Shown here: one piece after another, positions 33,750 to 46,608 of the stretch
How positions within the stretch are numbered: position 1 is the first letter of the stretch
Layout of the letters: the number at the start of each line of letters is the position of its first letter
Translations under genes and position numbers: made by a program
Assembly: GCA_946965045.2 (NCBI GenBank)
Contig: OX337240.1
Coordinates: 1,116,001 to 1,180,000 of the forward strand
Length of the DNA: 64,000 bases
Direction: 5' to 3'
Origin: Epithemia pelagica
Taxonomy: Eukaryota > Protista > Bacillariophyta
Notes under the pieces: model-generated
Database searches by the model: none
What the model saw: only the letters and a program-made list of their open reading frames with translations
What the model was told of the DNA's origin: nothing

Positions 33750-36595
33750 TTAATGTTCTTCTTCGCTACTGCGCTCCTTCTCAATGGGCTCACAAAGCCA
33801 TTCAATCAATTCCTCTCCCGAGAGAGCCCGCAAATCCCCCTTGTTCCAGGACCCCGCCCTTCCGGCGGCCGCATCGGCAATTTTGGAATAGGCCACGGCA
33901 AATTCCCGACGGATTCGATGATAATAACCACCCCGTAGTACATGAGCCACATCGTAAAAGGTTTCAAAGGGATCTTCAATCGTCAAGGCGGCACTGTAAT
34001 TCCGCCAGCCATCCAATTCGGCCTTGACTTCCCGTTCCATCAAACCACGAGTCGCGGTCGAATGGAGACTCACCACAAATCGTTTGTAATCAAACTCGTA
34101 GGCATAATAACGAAAAAAGGAGGCCAACAATATGGACAAACTCAAATCATTGCCCGCAAAGTGCAGTTGCAAGAGCATGGCTTCACTGGGTGCCGCTGCC
34201 GCGCCGGGGTTGTTGTGGGCCGCCGGACGATTCGTGGAGGCCTGGTAAAAGTGTCGATTGACGCGTTTGCCCTCTTCCGATGGATGCGCGACAATATGAC
34301 GGGGGAGGGCCACGAGTTCTCGATATGGCGTTCCTCGTGGCAAACTGGGCCATGCCGGGTCCATCCATTGCAGATTGGGCAAGAGAGGATTGGGTCGTTG
34401 GGTGGAAGGATTGCGGAAACGGGCGTCGCCTTCGGGACGAGCAACGGGAGAGACGAAGCCATTTCCAGAACGTTTGTGAAAGGTGAGGAAATGAAGCAGC
34501 ATAATAATATAGCCATAGCTGCTGAGTGTGTGCCGAGCGGGGTTGTTAATGTCACGAGCCTTGGCCCAGCGTTTAATAATCATGGACAAGACTCGTGTAA
34601 TGGGCGTAATGTCCGCGTAGGACCGTAACAGAGACGTATTGAGAACAGCCAAAGGATTGTGCATGGAAATGTCACATTCAATGTAGTCGTCCTTCTTGTT
34701 TTGGTCCACATCCTCGCCATCCTTACTGTCGTTCTCGTCTTTCCCTTGGGAAGACGACGATGACAGTGGATTGGGACAACGATACATGACAATCGGAATG
34801 CGAGCAGAAAGACGCGCCGTGTCGACATCGACCATTCCACCCGATGATTCCATAAACTCGGCCAATTCTGCCATGGCCGTGGCACCATTGAGCTCTGCGG
34901 CCGTTCCGTCATCCGGCAATTGCAAGCACATGTCAAGATCCGAATTGGGGGAACCAAAGCCATTGGCGGAGGAACCAAAAATCACCACCTTGGTACCGGG
35001 AGGAAAAATACCACTTTGGTGCACGCATTCTTCGGTACGTTTCCGAACCAGTTCTCGGCGTTGCATGACCATATCTTGTTCGGCAAATACTTGTTGAAAC
35101 ACTTGGCCCATGGCCGACGACATTTTATTGAATACATTGACGGCCGCCGGATCCACACTCCACGCTGATCCTGGCGACGCTGCTGGTGTTGCTGTTGTGT
35201 TGTTGTTGTTGTTGGTGGTGGCTCCGTTGCGAGGAAACAAAATTTCTTCGAGTGGTAAGGTATTGGGATGAAAGCCCAGAGTTCGCATTTGCATCTTGAC
35301 ACGGGCTTGGGTAAAGCGCTCAAAGTCTGTCGCCGATAAATTGGGTGGCAAATCTTGCAAGGCCTCGCACCAAATGCGAGTACCTCGGCCCGTGTTGCTG
35401 CTTTCTTCGTCCACACTATTGTTACCGACAAGCGCAAATTCTTCCGACAAGGGACACCACAATTCGTATTCAATTCTCATTTTCAAAACCAACTCGCGAC
35501 GAAGTAACATGGTCATGGACGGATTCAACACGAGCGCTCGAAGTATACCCGCAAAGGCCAATTGCGAATCTCTCCACTTGCGTTCACACGATGCTCGTCC
35601 ACTCATGAGGACCCGTGTCTTTTCCTTCAATTCAGCGTCCAAGGCTGCTTCGGGGGACGAGTCTCCCTCATTTTCTTTTGGATTGGTCAATTGTGGAGCA
35701 CCGCCGTTCCGACTGGAAGCAGGAGTAGCGGTAGTACTAGTAGCCGTTTCGTCCAATGTCCCTGCATCCTCCTTTTGCTGTTGTTGCTGTTGTTTTTTGA
35801 GTTCTTCCACTTCTTTTTCCAGAACGGCCAATTTGGTACTCGTCTTGTCGTGTTCGTGGGCACAGGCTTCCACGACCTTGCGCGCTTCTTGGATGCAACC
35901 CCAAGTGGCACGAGCGGCCGATTCATTGGGTCGGGTCAAGTGGGTTTCCAAAATAATGGCCAAGGAATGCAAGGACGACAAGGAGGTGGGATTGGATTTT
36001 TTACCCTTGAAATTGCTCAAAATAAAGCGCACACTGGGTTCAAAGTCGGATTCCTGGACACGGACCAAGACGGTCGGTCCAGTGGCCAAGGTGTAGAGTG
36101 GATCGTCTTCCCAAAACAAGCGAAAAATGACATGACCGGGTGTACGGGGAGAATAAAAGGGAACCTTGCCAGAGACACTTTTGGAAGCTGGATCTTTCCA
36201 AAATTCTCCCAAGACACTCTTGGCAATAATGGAGGTCTGTGTCCCATTTTCGGTACACCCTCGTCGAAAGAGACCCAACTGCAATTTGGACAAGGCATGC
36301 TCGAGGCTAGCCTTGGCTCCATACCGTTCCGTCATGTGTTTGCGTAGATACTCCATGGACAAGACCCATTGAGCGACCAATTCTTCTCGTGGTCGGAGAG
36401 GCAACACCACACTGGAATCGTGCCCTCCTTGACCTCGTACCATAATCCGTCCGGGTTGCTCTTCTGGATGCGTCCATAATCGTTTGGGAGGAGGAGCTTC
36501 CTTTTTGGTGGTCGTAGGAGGTGCCGCGTGGGTTGTGGCCGGTGGAGTTTGGAGGGGTGTCCCCGGCGCTGCAGTTTGCGGTTTCTTGGTGGGAG

Positions 36596-36635
<40 letters not shown>

Positions 36636-38165
36636 CGTAGTAGTGGGAGGCTGAGAGGTTGGTGTCGTACCCTTTCGAACCGGAGTACTATTCTGTGTCG
36701 GCAAAGAGGATGGTCCGACGGGGGACGACGAGTGAACCGTAGGAGTTGCAGTAGTGCGTTGTGGTTGAGAAGGTGTCTGTGATGCTGCTGCTGCTGGGGA
36801 CTGTGGTCCCCAAGGACTGGGGCGATCTGGAGTCGTCATGGATGAGGTTGTGGTGTTAGTTGTATTCGTTGGAGGAGTAGTGTTTCGTCGTGGTGGTGTT
36901 CCAATTACGGAGGGTGCCTGGTGGTGAATCGTGGACAATGGAGTGTTGTTTGTTGTTGTGGTTGGAGCATCGGACATGAGTTCATCCAATCCTCGTTCAA
37001 TCGACGTCATGCGTAATCCATCCAATGAGGATTGTGATGCATGTTGTGGTTGGTGATTGTTGTCGTTGTTGTTGGTGGTGTGTTGCTCCGGCAAGAGTGG
37101 AGTATTGTTGGAAGAAAGGAGTGCATGGTTCTGATTATTGTTGGAGGGATAACCGTGTACCGGAGGAAGGGACGGATGATTCAAAGGTGGAGACACCATT
37201 CTATTGGAAGGGGAACCAGAAGAAGAAGACAAAGGCATTGGAGCAGATGAGGAAGAGGGAAACAGCAGAGAAGATGACGGTTGTCCGTTGGATGGATGAT
37301 GGTGAAAGGCAAAGGGTGATATCGGCAAGGAAGAAGGAGGATTACTGTTTGGAGAAGGCGGTATGGATGGTTGAGCAGGGGAGGCAATGGATTGGTGAGG
37401 AGTCGGCAAGGAAGATATTGTTGGTGGTTGTAGAGACGGTTGTTGTTGTACGGGTGGAGGTGGTGGTTGTGGAGAGATCTTCCGATCCATGGCAGTTTGA
37501 GTAGTGCTGGAGGAGGGAGCTTGTATACTGGTTGTGCTGGACATTGGTTGTGACTGTGCCGTCATCGATGAAGGTGTAGAGTTTGTTGGTTGATTATTTT
37601 TCAAAGTGTTGTGATCCAATGGCGTAGCCACAGCCGAGGATTGAGGGCTTGTTGTGGTTGGCTGTTGTTGGGACCCTAAAAAGGTACGTGCAGCACTCAA
37701 AAATGCCTTTTGATCCTGCTGACCAGTCTGATAATCTTCGTGTATTCTCAAGGCCTGTGGATGGTTCCCCTTGAGATAGGGCATAAAGGCAATCAAGACA
37801 TCCTGTGGTGAATCAAAATGGACCAGAACAAAGGTTCATCCAAACCGTGAATGAGCGTTCACAACCCACTGTGTATCAAACCAAACCATTCCAAACAAAC
37901 TCAAAGAGGAACGTACCTCATCGCGCATCATCGTCATGCCCGACGACCTGTCGTCTGGTACCGACGAGGACGGAGGAGATGGTTGATGATGATGATGCGA
38001 CGATCGACTACCTCGTCCTCCACCATGATGATGTCTGGATCCTCGTCCGCCTCCACCACCTCTTCGTGGACCACGATGACTGCGGCCACTATTATTGTTG
38101 TTGCTTCGGCCACTTCCTCCACCTCGTGGTGTCGACCGTCGCCCCGACGAATGCGAACTGGACAT
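33750..38165 (-). CDS. Terminal uridylyl/nucleotidyltransferase (Cid1/GLD2/TUTase family); exon 1 38165-37917, exon 2 37802-33750; about 1433 aa
   Basis: FGSSANGFGSPNSDLDMC (pol-beta NTase), CDIS, IKRWAKARDINN...TLSSYGY, IEDPFE (PAP-associated). Intron 37916-37803 (GTACGT...CACAG) joins the RG-rich exon 1 in frame. Confidence 0.9.
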
Positions 38166-38889
38166 GGTGGTCAATGAATCGAATGGGGACAACAAGTTTC
38201 TTATAGCAGCCAAACCATTCAAGAAAACTGGAAGGGGCCTCCTCTCTATTAGTTTGTCAGGTTTGCTTTTTGTTCTATGGACTCAACGGATTGTTGGTAT
38301 TGCAGAAAAGAATTTCACAACAACGCCGCAGTTCGGTCATTTCATTTCGGGTTCGGGGAGATGGAGATAGCATCCATAGACTTTGATGGAGAGCATCAAT
38401 CCTGAGCGCGATGTATAATACATGTCATCTATCATGCATTTCAGTAAAGATCTCCCCCGCTTGTCGTAGTAGACGGAGCCGCAGAGACGTGCGACTGTCT
38501 TACGACATCTATTGTCGAATCAAAAAGCTGTGGAGTCAGACACCATGTGTTCTGTGTCACTTTCATGTCTTAGATGAAGCTGCTCCTTCAACGAATGCCA
38601 GTTTGATATGTCTCGTTTCTGTCTTGCCAGGTTGCACCGAGATCCGGCGAATTCTCCAGACTTAAACAATAATGCAGCACCCAATCCTAACTTGACATGA
38701 TGCAATCTTTCCCTTTTTTCGTTTTACTCAAAACTACCCCTCAAAAGACTCAATGAACAATCAACGCGACAATAACAACATTCCCATTTCCCATAAAACA
38801 AACAACAAACAACAACGACATCCATAACATTCTTCGATAACAACAAGAGAACAAAAGACGGACGACACAAAAACGAGCAATTCCAAACA

Positions 38890-40041
38890 ATGAACCATTC
38901 CAACCAAGCCATTGTGAAAAAGACTGATCTTTCGACCACGAAATCTTTTCGTACAATTACAAGCACCAGCATGGAGGAGGAGGATGAGTGTGGTAAAAAG
39001 ACTCTGGATCACGGTCATCCAGAAGACGACAATAACAAGGACCCAATGAAAACGGACACACAAAGGAACCCTCCTTCGTTGTCTTGTTGTGCAACGGATG
39101 CTGCTTCCACAGTCCACAACACTAACAGCAACCACAACCAGCATTCTCAATGGCAACAAGACATTGAACGAGAACATGGCCGTTTAATGGCCTTGCAATC
39201 CTATCATGTCTTGGATCGTCCTCCCAATCCTCAACAAGTTCGTCTGGCGACCATGGCCGCTCGCTTTTGTCGGGTTCGTCTCGCACGCATTGTCTTGGTC
39301 GATTTCGATCGCTGTTGGATCTTGGCCGAATCCTCCAGGACCGACAATAACGAGTCGTTGTCAATGACGACGAGCTCCCAAGAAGTTGCTCGGCAACGAT
39401 CCGTCTACGATTGGGCCGTCACAAATGCCTACCAACAACAACAACAAATGCTCCACAATTGCAACGACGACTCCAACCATGTTCCCCACGTTTCCGTTCT
39501 GACCAATCTATCGTTGCCGGATGCTCCCTCCTTGGACCTTCCCACTTACCACCATCCAGTGGTTGCGACAAATGATTCGACGACAACGACAACAACTGCC
39601 GTGGTGGAAACTCCCCTGCACTTTTTTGCCAGCGTCCCCTTGATCAATCCCCAAGGTCACATTCTGGGTGTCTTGGCCATTCTCGACGATCTACCCCGCA
39701 CCAGCGACAAGGCTGCCGTATCGGAGGCCCAAGCTCATGTCCTGACCGATTTGGCCCATGCGAGCACGACCTTGTTGCAAGAACAACAGTGGCAATTGGT
39801 CCAGGGTGTCAATAGCAAGGCCTTTCAACCCAATCTCGTGCGATCGGCACGATTTGTCGTTTCTCAATTGCAGACCTTGCAGCAAGATCCAGAATTGCAA
39901 GCCATGGCACGACAATCGCAACAACAGGCCTTGGATTCGGCATGTGTCTCGGCGCAGTATCTGTCCACCTCCTTGCAACAGCATCCACGAAAACCACCAC
40001 CACCACCTCCATCCCAACAACCATTGACATTTCTGGAATAA
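38890..40041 (+). CDS. GAF-domain protein, copy 1 (383 aa)
   Basis: RLMALQSYHVLDRPP...RLATMAARFC...IVLVDFDRCW and FFASVPLINPQGHILGVLAILDDLPR...LTDLA. Confidence 0.85.
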   Translation: MNHSNQAIVKKTDLSTTKSFRTITSTSMEEEDECGKKTLDHGHPEDDNNKDPMKTDTQRNPPSLSCCATDAASTVHNTNSNHNQHSQWQQDIEREHGRLMALQSYHVLDRPPNPQQVRLATMAARFCRVRLARIVLVDFDRCWILAESSRTDNNESLSMTTSSQEVARQRSVYDWAVTNAYQQQQQMLHNCNDDSNHVPHVSVLTNLSLPDAPSLDLPTYHHPVVATNDSTTTTTTAVVETPLHFFASVPLINPQGHILGVLAILDDLPRTSDKAAVSEAQAHVLTDLAHASTTLLQEQQWQLVQGVNSKAFQPNLVRSARFVVSQLQTLQQDPELQAMARQSQQQALDSACVSAQYLSTSLQQHPRKPPPPPPSQQPLTFLE

Positions 40042-40260
40042 CAACAACACAGACACCCACATGCCCATTGGATGAAACGGTCTTCTGTGTGTGCATGCGC
40101 AAATGGTCATCATGGATCTTCTTGTCAAGTGCGAGAAATACACACCAATTCATGGTCTCCATTCTCCATGTCCGTCCCTTGTCCATACAACATCTATGTC
40201 CCTGCAGCTCGTTGGTCTTTTCTGGGGGAGCAGCTCTACTAGAGCTTCTTCTGACACTCA

Positions 40261-41451
40261 TCATCGAGGATTGTGTCTGCGTTTGGATAAAAGCCGAGGC
40301 TGCAAAGAGAATCCATTTCGCGTCAGGAAGAGGCACCTTGCGTAGCTACCTAGGAATGGGGGACTGTGTTGCTCCGGCAAGAGTGGAGTATTGTTGGAAG
40401 AAAGGAGTGCATGGTTCTGATTATTGTTGGAGGGATAACCGTGTACCGGAGGAAGGGACGGATGATTCAAAGGTGGAGACACCATTCTATTGGAAGGGGA
40501 ACCAGAAGAAGAAGACAAAGGCATTGGAGCAGATGAGGAAGAGGGAAACAGCAGAGAAGATGACGGTTGTCCGTTGGATGGATGATGGTGAAAGGCAAAG
40601 GGTGATATCGGCAAGGAAGAAGGAGGATTACTGTTTGGAGAAGGCGGTATGGATGGTTGAGCAGGGGAGGCAATGGATTGGTGAGGAGTCGGCAAGGAAG
40701 ATATTGTTGGTGGTTGTAGAGACGGTTGTTGTTGTACGGGTGGAGGTGGTGGTTGTGGAGAGATCTTCCGATCCATGGCAGTTTGAGTAGTGCTGGAGGA
40801 GGGAGCTTGTATACTGGTTGTGCTGGACATTGGTTGTGACTGTGCCGTCATCGATGAAGGTGTAGAGTTTGTTGGTTGATTATTTTTCAAAGTGTTGTGA
40901 TCCAATGGCGTAGCCACAGCCGAGGATTGAGGGCTTGTTGTGGTTGGCTGTTGTTGGGACCCTAAAAAGGTACGTGCGGCACTCAAAAATGCCTTTTGAT
41001 CCTGCTGACCAGTCTGATAATCTTCGTGTATTCTCAAGGCCTGTGGATGGTTCCCCTTGAGATAGGGCATAAAGGCAATCAAGACATCCTGTGGTGAATC
41101 AAAATGGACCAGAACAAAGGTTCATCCAAACCGTGAATGAGCGTTCACAACCCACTGTGTATCAAACCAAACCATTCCAAACAAACTCAAAGAGGAACGT
41201 ACCTCATCGCGCATCATCGTCATGCCCGACGACCTGTCGTCTGGTACCGACGAGGACGGAGGAGATGGTTGATGATGATGATGCGACGATCGACTACCTC
41301 GTCCTCCACCATGATGATGTCTGGATCCTCGTCCGCCTCCACCACCTCTTCGTGGACCACGATGACTGCGGCCACTATTATTGTTGTTGCTTCGGCCACT
41401 TCCTCCACCTCGTGGTGTCGACCGTCGCCCCGACGAATGCGAACTGGACAT
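40261..41451 (-). pseudogene. Truncated TUTase 5' copy (exon 1 + intron + 724 nt of exon 2 + novel tail)
   Basis: Duplicate of 37079-38165; reads across the junction into SPPFLGSYAR...HNPR*. No catalytic domain. Confidence 0.8.
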
Positions 41452-42175
41452 GGTGGTCAATGAATCGAATGGGGACAACAAGTTTCTTATAGCAGCCAAA
41501 CCATTCAAGAAAACTGGAAGGGGCCTCCTCTCTATTAGTTTGTCAGGTTTGCTTTTTGTTCTATGGACTCAACGGATTGTTGGTATTGCAGAAAAGAATT
41601 TCACAACAACGCCGCAGTTCGGTCATTTCATTTCGGGTTCGGGGAGATGGAGATAGCATCCATAGACTTTGATGGAGAGCATCAATCCTGAGCGCGATGT
41701 ATAATACATGTCATCTATCATGCATTTCAGTAAAGATCTCCCCCGCTTGTCGTAGTAGACGGAGCCGCAGAGACGTGCGACTGTCTTACGACATCTATTG
41801 TCGAATCAAAAAGCTGTGGAGTCAGACACCATGTGTTCTGTGTCACTTTCATGTCTTAGATGAAGCTGCTCCTTCAACGAATGCCAGTTTGATATGTCTC
41901 GTTTCTGTCTTGCCAGGTTGCACCGAGATCCGGCGAATTCTCCAGACTTAAACAATAATGCAGCACCCAATCCTAACTTGACATGATGCAATCTTTCCCT
42001 TTTTTCGTTTTACTCAAAACTACCCCTCAAAAGACTCAATGAACAATCAACGCGACAATAACAACATTCCCATTTCCCATAAAACAAACAACAAACAACA
42101 ACGACATCCATAACATTCTTCGATAACAACAAGAGAACAAAAGACGGACGACACAAAAACGAGCAATTCCAAACA

Positions 42176-43327
42176 ATGAACCATTCCAACCAAGCCATTG
42201 TGAAAAAGACTGATCTTTCGACCACGAAATCTTTTCGTACAATTACAAGCACCAGCATGGAGGAGGAGGATGAGTGTGGTAAAAAGACTCTGGATCACGG
42301 TCATCCAGAAGACGACAATAACAAGGACCCAATGAAAACGGACACACAAAGGAACCCTCCTTCGTTGTCTTGTTGTGCAACGGATGCTGCTTCCACAGTC
42401 CACAACACTAACAGCAACCACAACCAGCATTCTCAATGGCAACAAGACATTGAACGAGAACATGGCCGTTTAATGGCCTTGCAATCCTATCATGTCTTGG
42501 ATCGTCCTCCCAATCCTCAACAAGTTCGTCTGGCGACCATGGCCGCTCGCTTTTGTCGGGTTCGTCTCGCACGCATTGTCTTGGTCGATTTCGATCGCTG
42601 TTGGATCTTGGCCGAATCCTCCAGGACCGACAATAACGAGTCGTTGTCAATGACGACGAGCTCCCAAGAAGTTGCTCGGCAACGATCCGTCTACGATTGG
42701 GCCGTCACAAATGCCTACCAACAACAACAACAAATGCTCCACAATTGCAACGACGACTCCAACCATGTTCCCCACGTTTCCGTTCTGACCAATCTATCGT
42801 TGCCGGATGCTCCCTCCTTGGACCTTCCCACTTACCACCATCCAGTGGTTGCGACAAATGATTCGACGACAACGACAACAACTGCCGTGGTGGAAACTCC
42901 CCTGCACTTTTTTGCCAGCGTCCCCTTGATCAATCCCCAAGGTCACATTCTGGGTGTCTTGGCCATTCTCGACGATCTACCCCGCACCAGCGACAAGGCT
43001 GCCGTATCGGAGGCCCAAGCTCATGTCCTGACCGATTTGGCCCATGCGAGCACGACCTTGTTGCAAGAACAACAGTGGCAATTGGTCCAGGGTGTCAATA
43101 GCAAGGCCTTTCAACCCAATCTCGTGCGATCGGCACGATTTGTCGTTTCTCAATTGCAGACCTTGCAGCAAGATCCAGAATTGCAAGCCATGGCACGACA
43201 ATCGCAACAACAGGCCTTGGATTCGGCATGTGTCTCGGCGCAGTATCTGTCCACCTCCTTGCAACAGCATCCACGAAAACCACCACCACCACCTCCATCC
43301 CAACAACCATTGACATTTCTGGAATAA
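42176..43327 (+). CDS. GAF-domain protein, copy 2
   Basis: Protein identical to copy 1 in the ORF track. Confidence 0.85.
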   Translation: MNHSNQAIVKKTDLSTTKSFRTITSTSMEEEDECGKKTLDHGHPEDDNNKDPMKTDTQRNPPSLSCCATDAASTVHNTNSNHNQHSQWQQDIEREHGRLMALQSYHVLDRPPNPQQVRLATMAARFCRVRLARIVLVDFDRCWILAESSRTDNNESLSMTTSSQEVARQRSVYDWAVTNAYQQQQQMLHNCNDDSNHVPHVSVLTNLSLPDAPSLDLPTYHHPVVATNDSTTTTTTAVVETPLHFFASVPLINPQGHILGVLAILDDLPRTSDKAAVSEAQAHVLTDLAHASTTLLQEQQWQLVQGVNSKAFQPNLVRSARFVVSQLQTLQQDPELQAMARQSQQQALDSACVSAQYLSTSLQQHPRKPPPPPPSQQPLTFLE

Positions 43328-43546
43328 CAACAACACAGACACCCACATGCCCATTGGATGAAACGGTCTTCTGTGTGTGCATGCGCAAATGGTCATCATG
43401 GATCTTCTTGTCAAGTGCGAGAAATACACACCAATTCATGGTCTCCATTCTCCATGTCCGTCCCTTGTCCATACAACATCTATGTCCCTGCAGCTCGTTG
43501 GTCTTTTCTGGGGGAGCAGCTCTACTAGAGCTTCTTCTGACACTCA

Positions 43547-44737
43547 TCATCGAGGATTGTGTCTGCGTTTGGATAAAAGCCGAGGCTGCAAAGAGAATCC
43601 ATTTCGCGTCAGGAAGAGGCACCTTGCGTAGCTACCTAGGAATGGGGGACTGTGTTGCTCCGGCAAGAGTGGAGTATTGTTGGAAGAAAGGAGTGCATGG
43701 TTCTGATTATTGTTGGAGGGATAACCGTGTACCGGAGGAAGGGACGGATGATTCAAAGGTGGAGACACCATTCTATTGGAAGGGGAACCAGAAGAAGAAG
43801 ACAAAGGCATTGGAGCAGATGAGGAAGAGGGAAACAGCAGAGAAGATGACGGTTGTCCGTTGGATGGATGATGGTGAAAGGCAAAGGGTGATATCGGCAA
43901 GGAAGAAGGAGGATTACTGTTTGGAGAAGGCGGTATGGATGGTTGAGCAGGGGAGGCAATGGATTGGTGAGGAGTCGGCAAGGAAGATATTGTTGGTGGT
44001 TGTAGAGACGGTTGTTGTTGTACGGGTGGAGGTGGTGGTTGTGGAGAGATCTTCCGATCCATGGCAGTTTGAGTAGTGCTGGAGGAGGGAGCTTGTATAC
44101 TGGTTGTGCTGGACATTGGTTGTGACTGTGCCGTCATCGATGAAGGTGTAGAGTTTGTTGGTTGATTATTTTTCAAAGTGTTGTGATCCAATGGCGTAGC
44201 CACAGCCGAGGATTGAGGGCTTGTTGTGGTTGGCTGTTGTTGGGACCCTAAAAAGGTACGTGCGGCACTCAAAAATGCCTTTTGATCCTGCTGACCAGTC
44301 TGATAATCTTCGTGTATTCTCAAGGCCTGTGGATGGTTCCCCTTGAGATAGGGCATAAAGGCAATCAAGACATCCTGTGGTGAATCAAAATGGACCAGAA
44401 CAAAGGTTCATCCAAACCGTGAATGAGCGTTCACAACCCACTGTGTATCAAACCAAACCATTCCAAACAAACTCAAAGAGGAACGTACCTCATCGCGCAT
44501 CATCGTCATGCCCGACGACCTGTCGTCTGGTACCGACGAGGACGGAGGAGATGGTTGATGATGATGATGCGACGATCGACTACCTCGTCCTCCACCATGA
44601 TGATGTCTGGATCCTCGTCCGCCTCCACCACCTCTTCGTGGACCACGATGACTGCGGCCACTATTATTGTTGTTGCTTCGGCCACTTCCTCCACCTCGTG
44701 GTGTCGACCGTCGCCCCGACGAATGCGAACTGGACAT
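43547..44737 (-). pseudogene. Truncated TUTase 5' copy 2
   Basis: Same structure as 40261-41451. Confidence 0.8.
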
Positions 44738-45456
44738 GGTGGTCAATGAATCGAATGGGGACAACAAGTTTCTTATAGCAGCCAAACCATTCAAGAAAAC
44801 TGGAAGGGGCCTCCTCTCTATTAGTTTGTCAGGTTTGCTTTTTGTTCTATGGACTCAACGGATTGTTGGTATTGCAGAAAAGAATTTCACAACAACGCCG
44901 CAGTTCGGTCATTTCATTTCGGGTTCGGGGAGATGGAGATAGCATCCATAGACTTTGATGGAGAGCATCAATCCTGAGCGCGATGTATAATACATGTCAT
45001 CTATCATGCATTTCAGTAAAGATCTCCCCCGCTTGTCGTAGTAGACGGAGCCGCAGAGACGTGCGACTGTCTTACGACATCTATTGTCGAATCAAAAAGC
45101 TGTGGAGTCAGACACCATGTGTTCTGTGTCACTTTCATGTCTTAGATGAAGCTGCTCCTTCAACGAATGCCAGTTTGATATGTCTCGTTTCTGTCTTGCC
45201 AGGTTGCACCGAGATCCGGCGAATTCTCCAGACTTAAACAATAATGCAGCACCCAATCCTAACTTGACATGATGCAATCTTTCCTTTTTTCGTTACTCAA
45301 TACTACCTCAAAAGACTCAATGAACAATCAACGCGACAATAACAACATTCCCATTTCCCATAAAACAAACAACAAACAACAACGACATCCATAACATTCT
45401 TCGATAACAACAAGAGAACAAAAGACGGACGACACAAAAACGAGCAATTCCAAACA

Positions 45457-46608
45457 ATGAACCATTCCAACCAAGCCATTGTGAAAAAGACTGATCTTTC
45501 GACCACGAAATCTTCTCGTACAATTACAAGCACCAGCATGGAGGAGGAGGATGAGTGTGGTAAAAAGACTCTGGATCACGGTCATCCAGAAGACGACAAT
45601 AACAAGGACCCAATGAAAACGGACACACAAAGGAACCCTCCTTCGTTGTCTTGTTGTGCAACGGATGCTGCTTCCACAGTCCACAACACTAACAGCAACC
45701 ACAACCAGCATTCTCAATGGCAACAAGACATTGAACGAGAACATGGCCGTTTAATGGCCTTGCAATCCTATCATGTCTTGGATCGTCCTCCCAATCCTCA
45801 ACAAGTTCGTCTGGCGACCATGGCCGCTCGCTTTTGTCGGGTTCGTCTCGCACGCATTGTCTTGGTCGATTTCGATCGCTGTTGGATCTTGGCCGAATCC
45901 TCCAGGACCGACAATAACGAGTCGTTGTCAATGACGACGAGCTCCCAAGAAGTTGCTCGCCAACGATCCGTCTACGATTGGGCCGTCACAAATGCCTACC
46001 AACAACAACAACAAATGCTCCACAATTGCAACGACGACTCCAACCATGTTCCCCACGTTTCCGTTCTGACCAATCTATCGTTGCCGGATGCTCCCTCCTT
46101 GGACCTTCCCACTTACCACCATCCAGTGGTTGCGACAAATGATTCGACGACAACGACAACAACTGCCGTGGTGGAAACTCCCCTGCACTTTTTTGCCAGC
46201 GTCCCCTTGATCAATCCCCAAGGTCACATTCTGGGTGTCTTGGCCATTCTCGACGATCTACCCCGCACCAGCGACAAGGCTGCCGTATCGGAGGCCCAAG
46301 CTCATGTCCTGACCGATTTGGCCCATGCGAGCACGACCTTGTTGCAAGAACAACAGTGGCAATTGGTCCAGGGTGTCAATAGCAAGGCCTTTCAACCCAA
46401 TCTCGTGCGATCGGCACGATTTGTCGTTTCTCAATTGCAGACCTTGCAGCAAGATCCAGAATTGCAAGCCATGGCACGACAATCGCAACAACAGGCCTTG
46501 GATTCGGCATGTGTCTCGGCGCAGTATCTGTCCACCTCCTTGCAACAGCATCCACGAAAACCACCACCACCACCTCCATCCCAACAACCATTGACATTTC
46601 TGGAATAA
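45457..46608 (+). CDS. GAF-domain protein, copy 3 (variant: KSSR vs KSFR)
   Basis: 383 aa, one visible amino-acid difference from copies 1 and 2. Confidence 0.85.
   Translation: MNHSNQAIVKKTDLSTTKSSRTITSTSMEEEDECGKKTLDHGHPEDDNNKDPMKTDTQRNPPSLSCCATDAASTVHNTNSNHNQHSQWQQDIEREHGRLMALQSYHVLDRPPNPQQVRLATMAARFCRVRLARIVLVDFDRCWILAESSRTDNNESLSMTTSSQEVARQRSVYDWAVTNAYQQQQQMLHNCNDDSNHVPHVSVLTNLSLPDAPSLDLPTYHHPVVATNDSTTTTTTAVVETPLHFFASVPLINPQGHILGVLAILDDLPRTSDKAAVSEAQAHVLTDLAHASTTLLQEQQWQLVQGVNSKAFQPNLVRSARFVVSQLQTLQQDPELQAMARQSQQQALDSACVSAQYLSTSLQQHPRKPPPPPPSQQPLTFLE

Noticed and set aside
36595-36634. (GTT)n microsatellite
   Set aside because: An ordinary coding poly-Thr tract in the TUTase, typical of this genome.
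38300-38720. Possible RNA gene in the TUTase/GAF intergenic region
   Set aside because: No cloverleaf or A/B boxes could be built by eye.
39942-44076. 282-aa plus-strand ORFs crossing the triplication junctions
   Set aside because: Antisense shadows of the Pro/Ser-rich TUTase exon.
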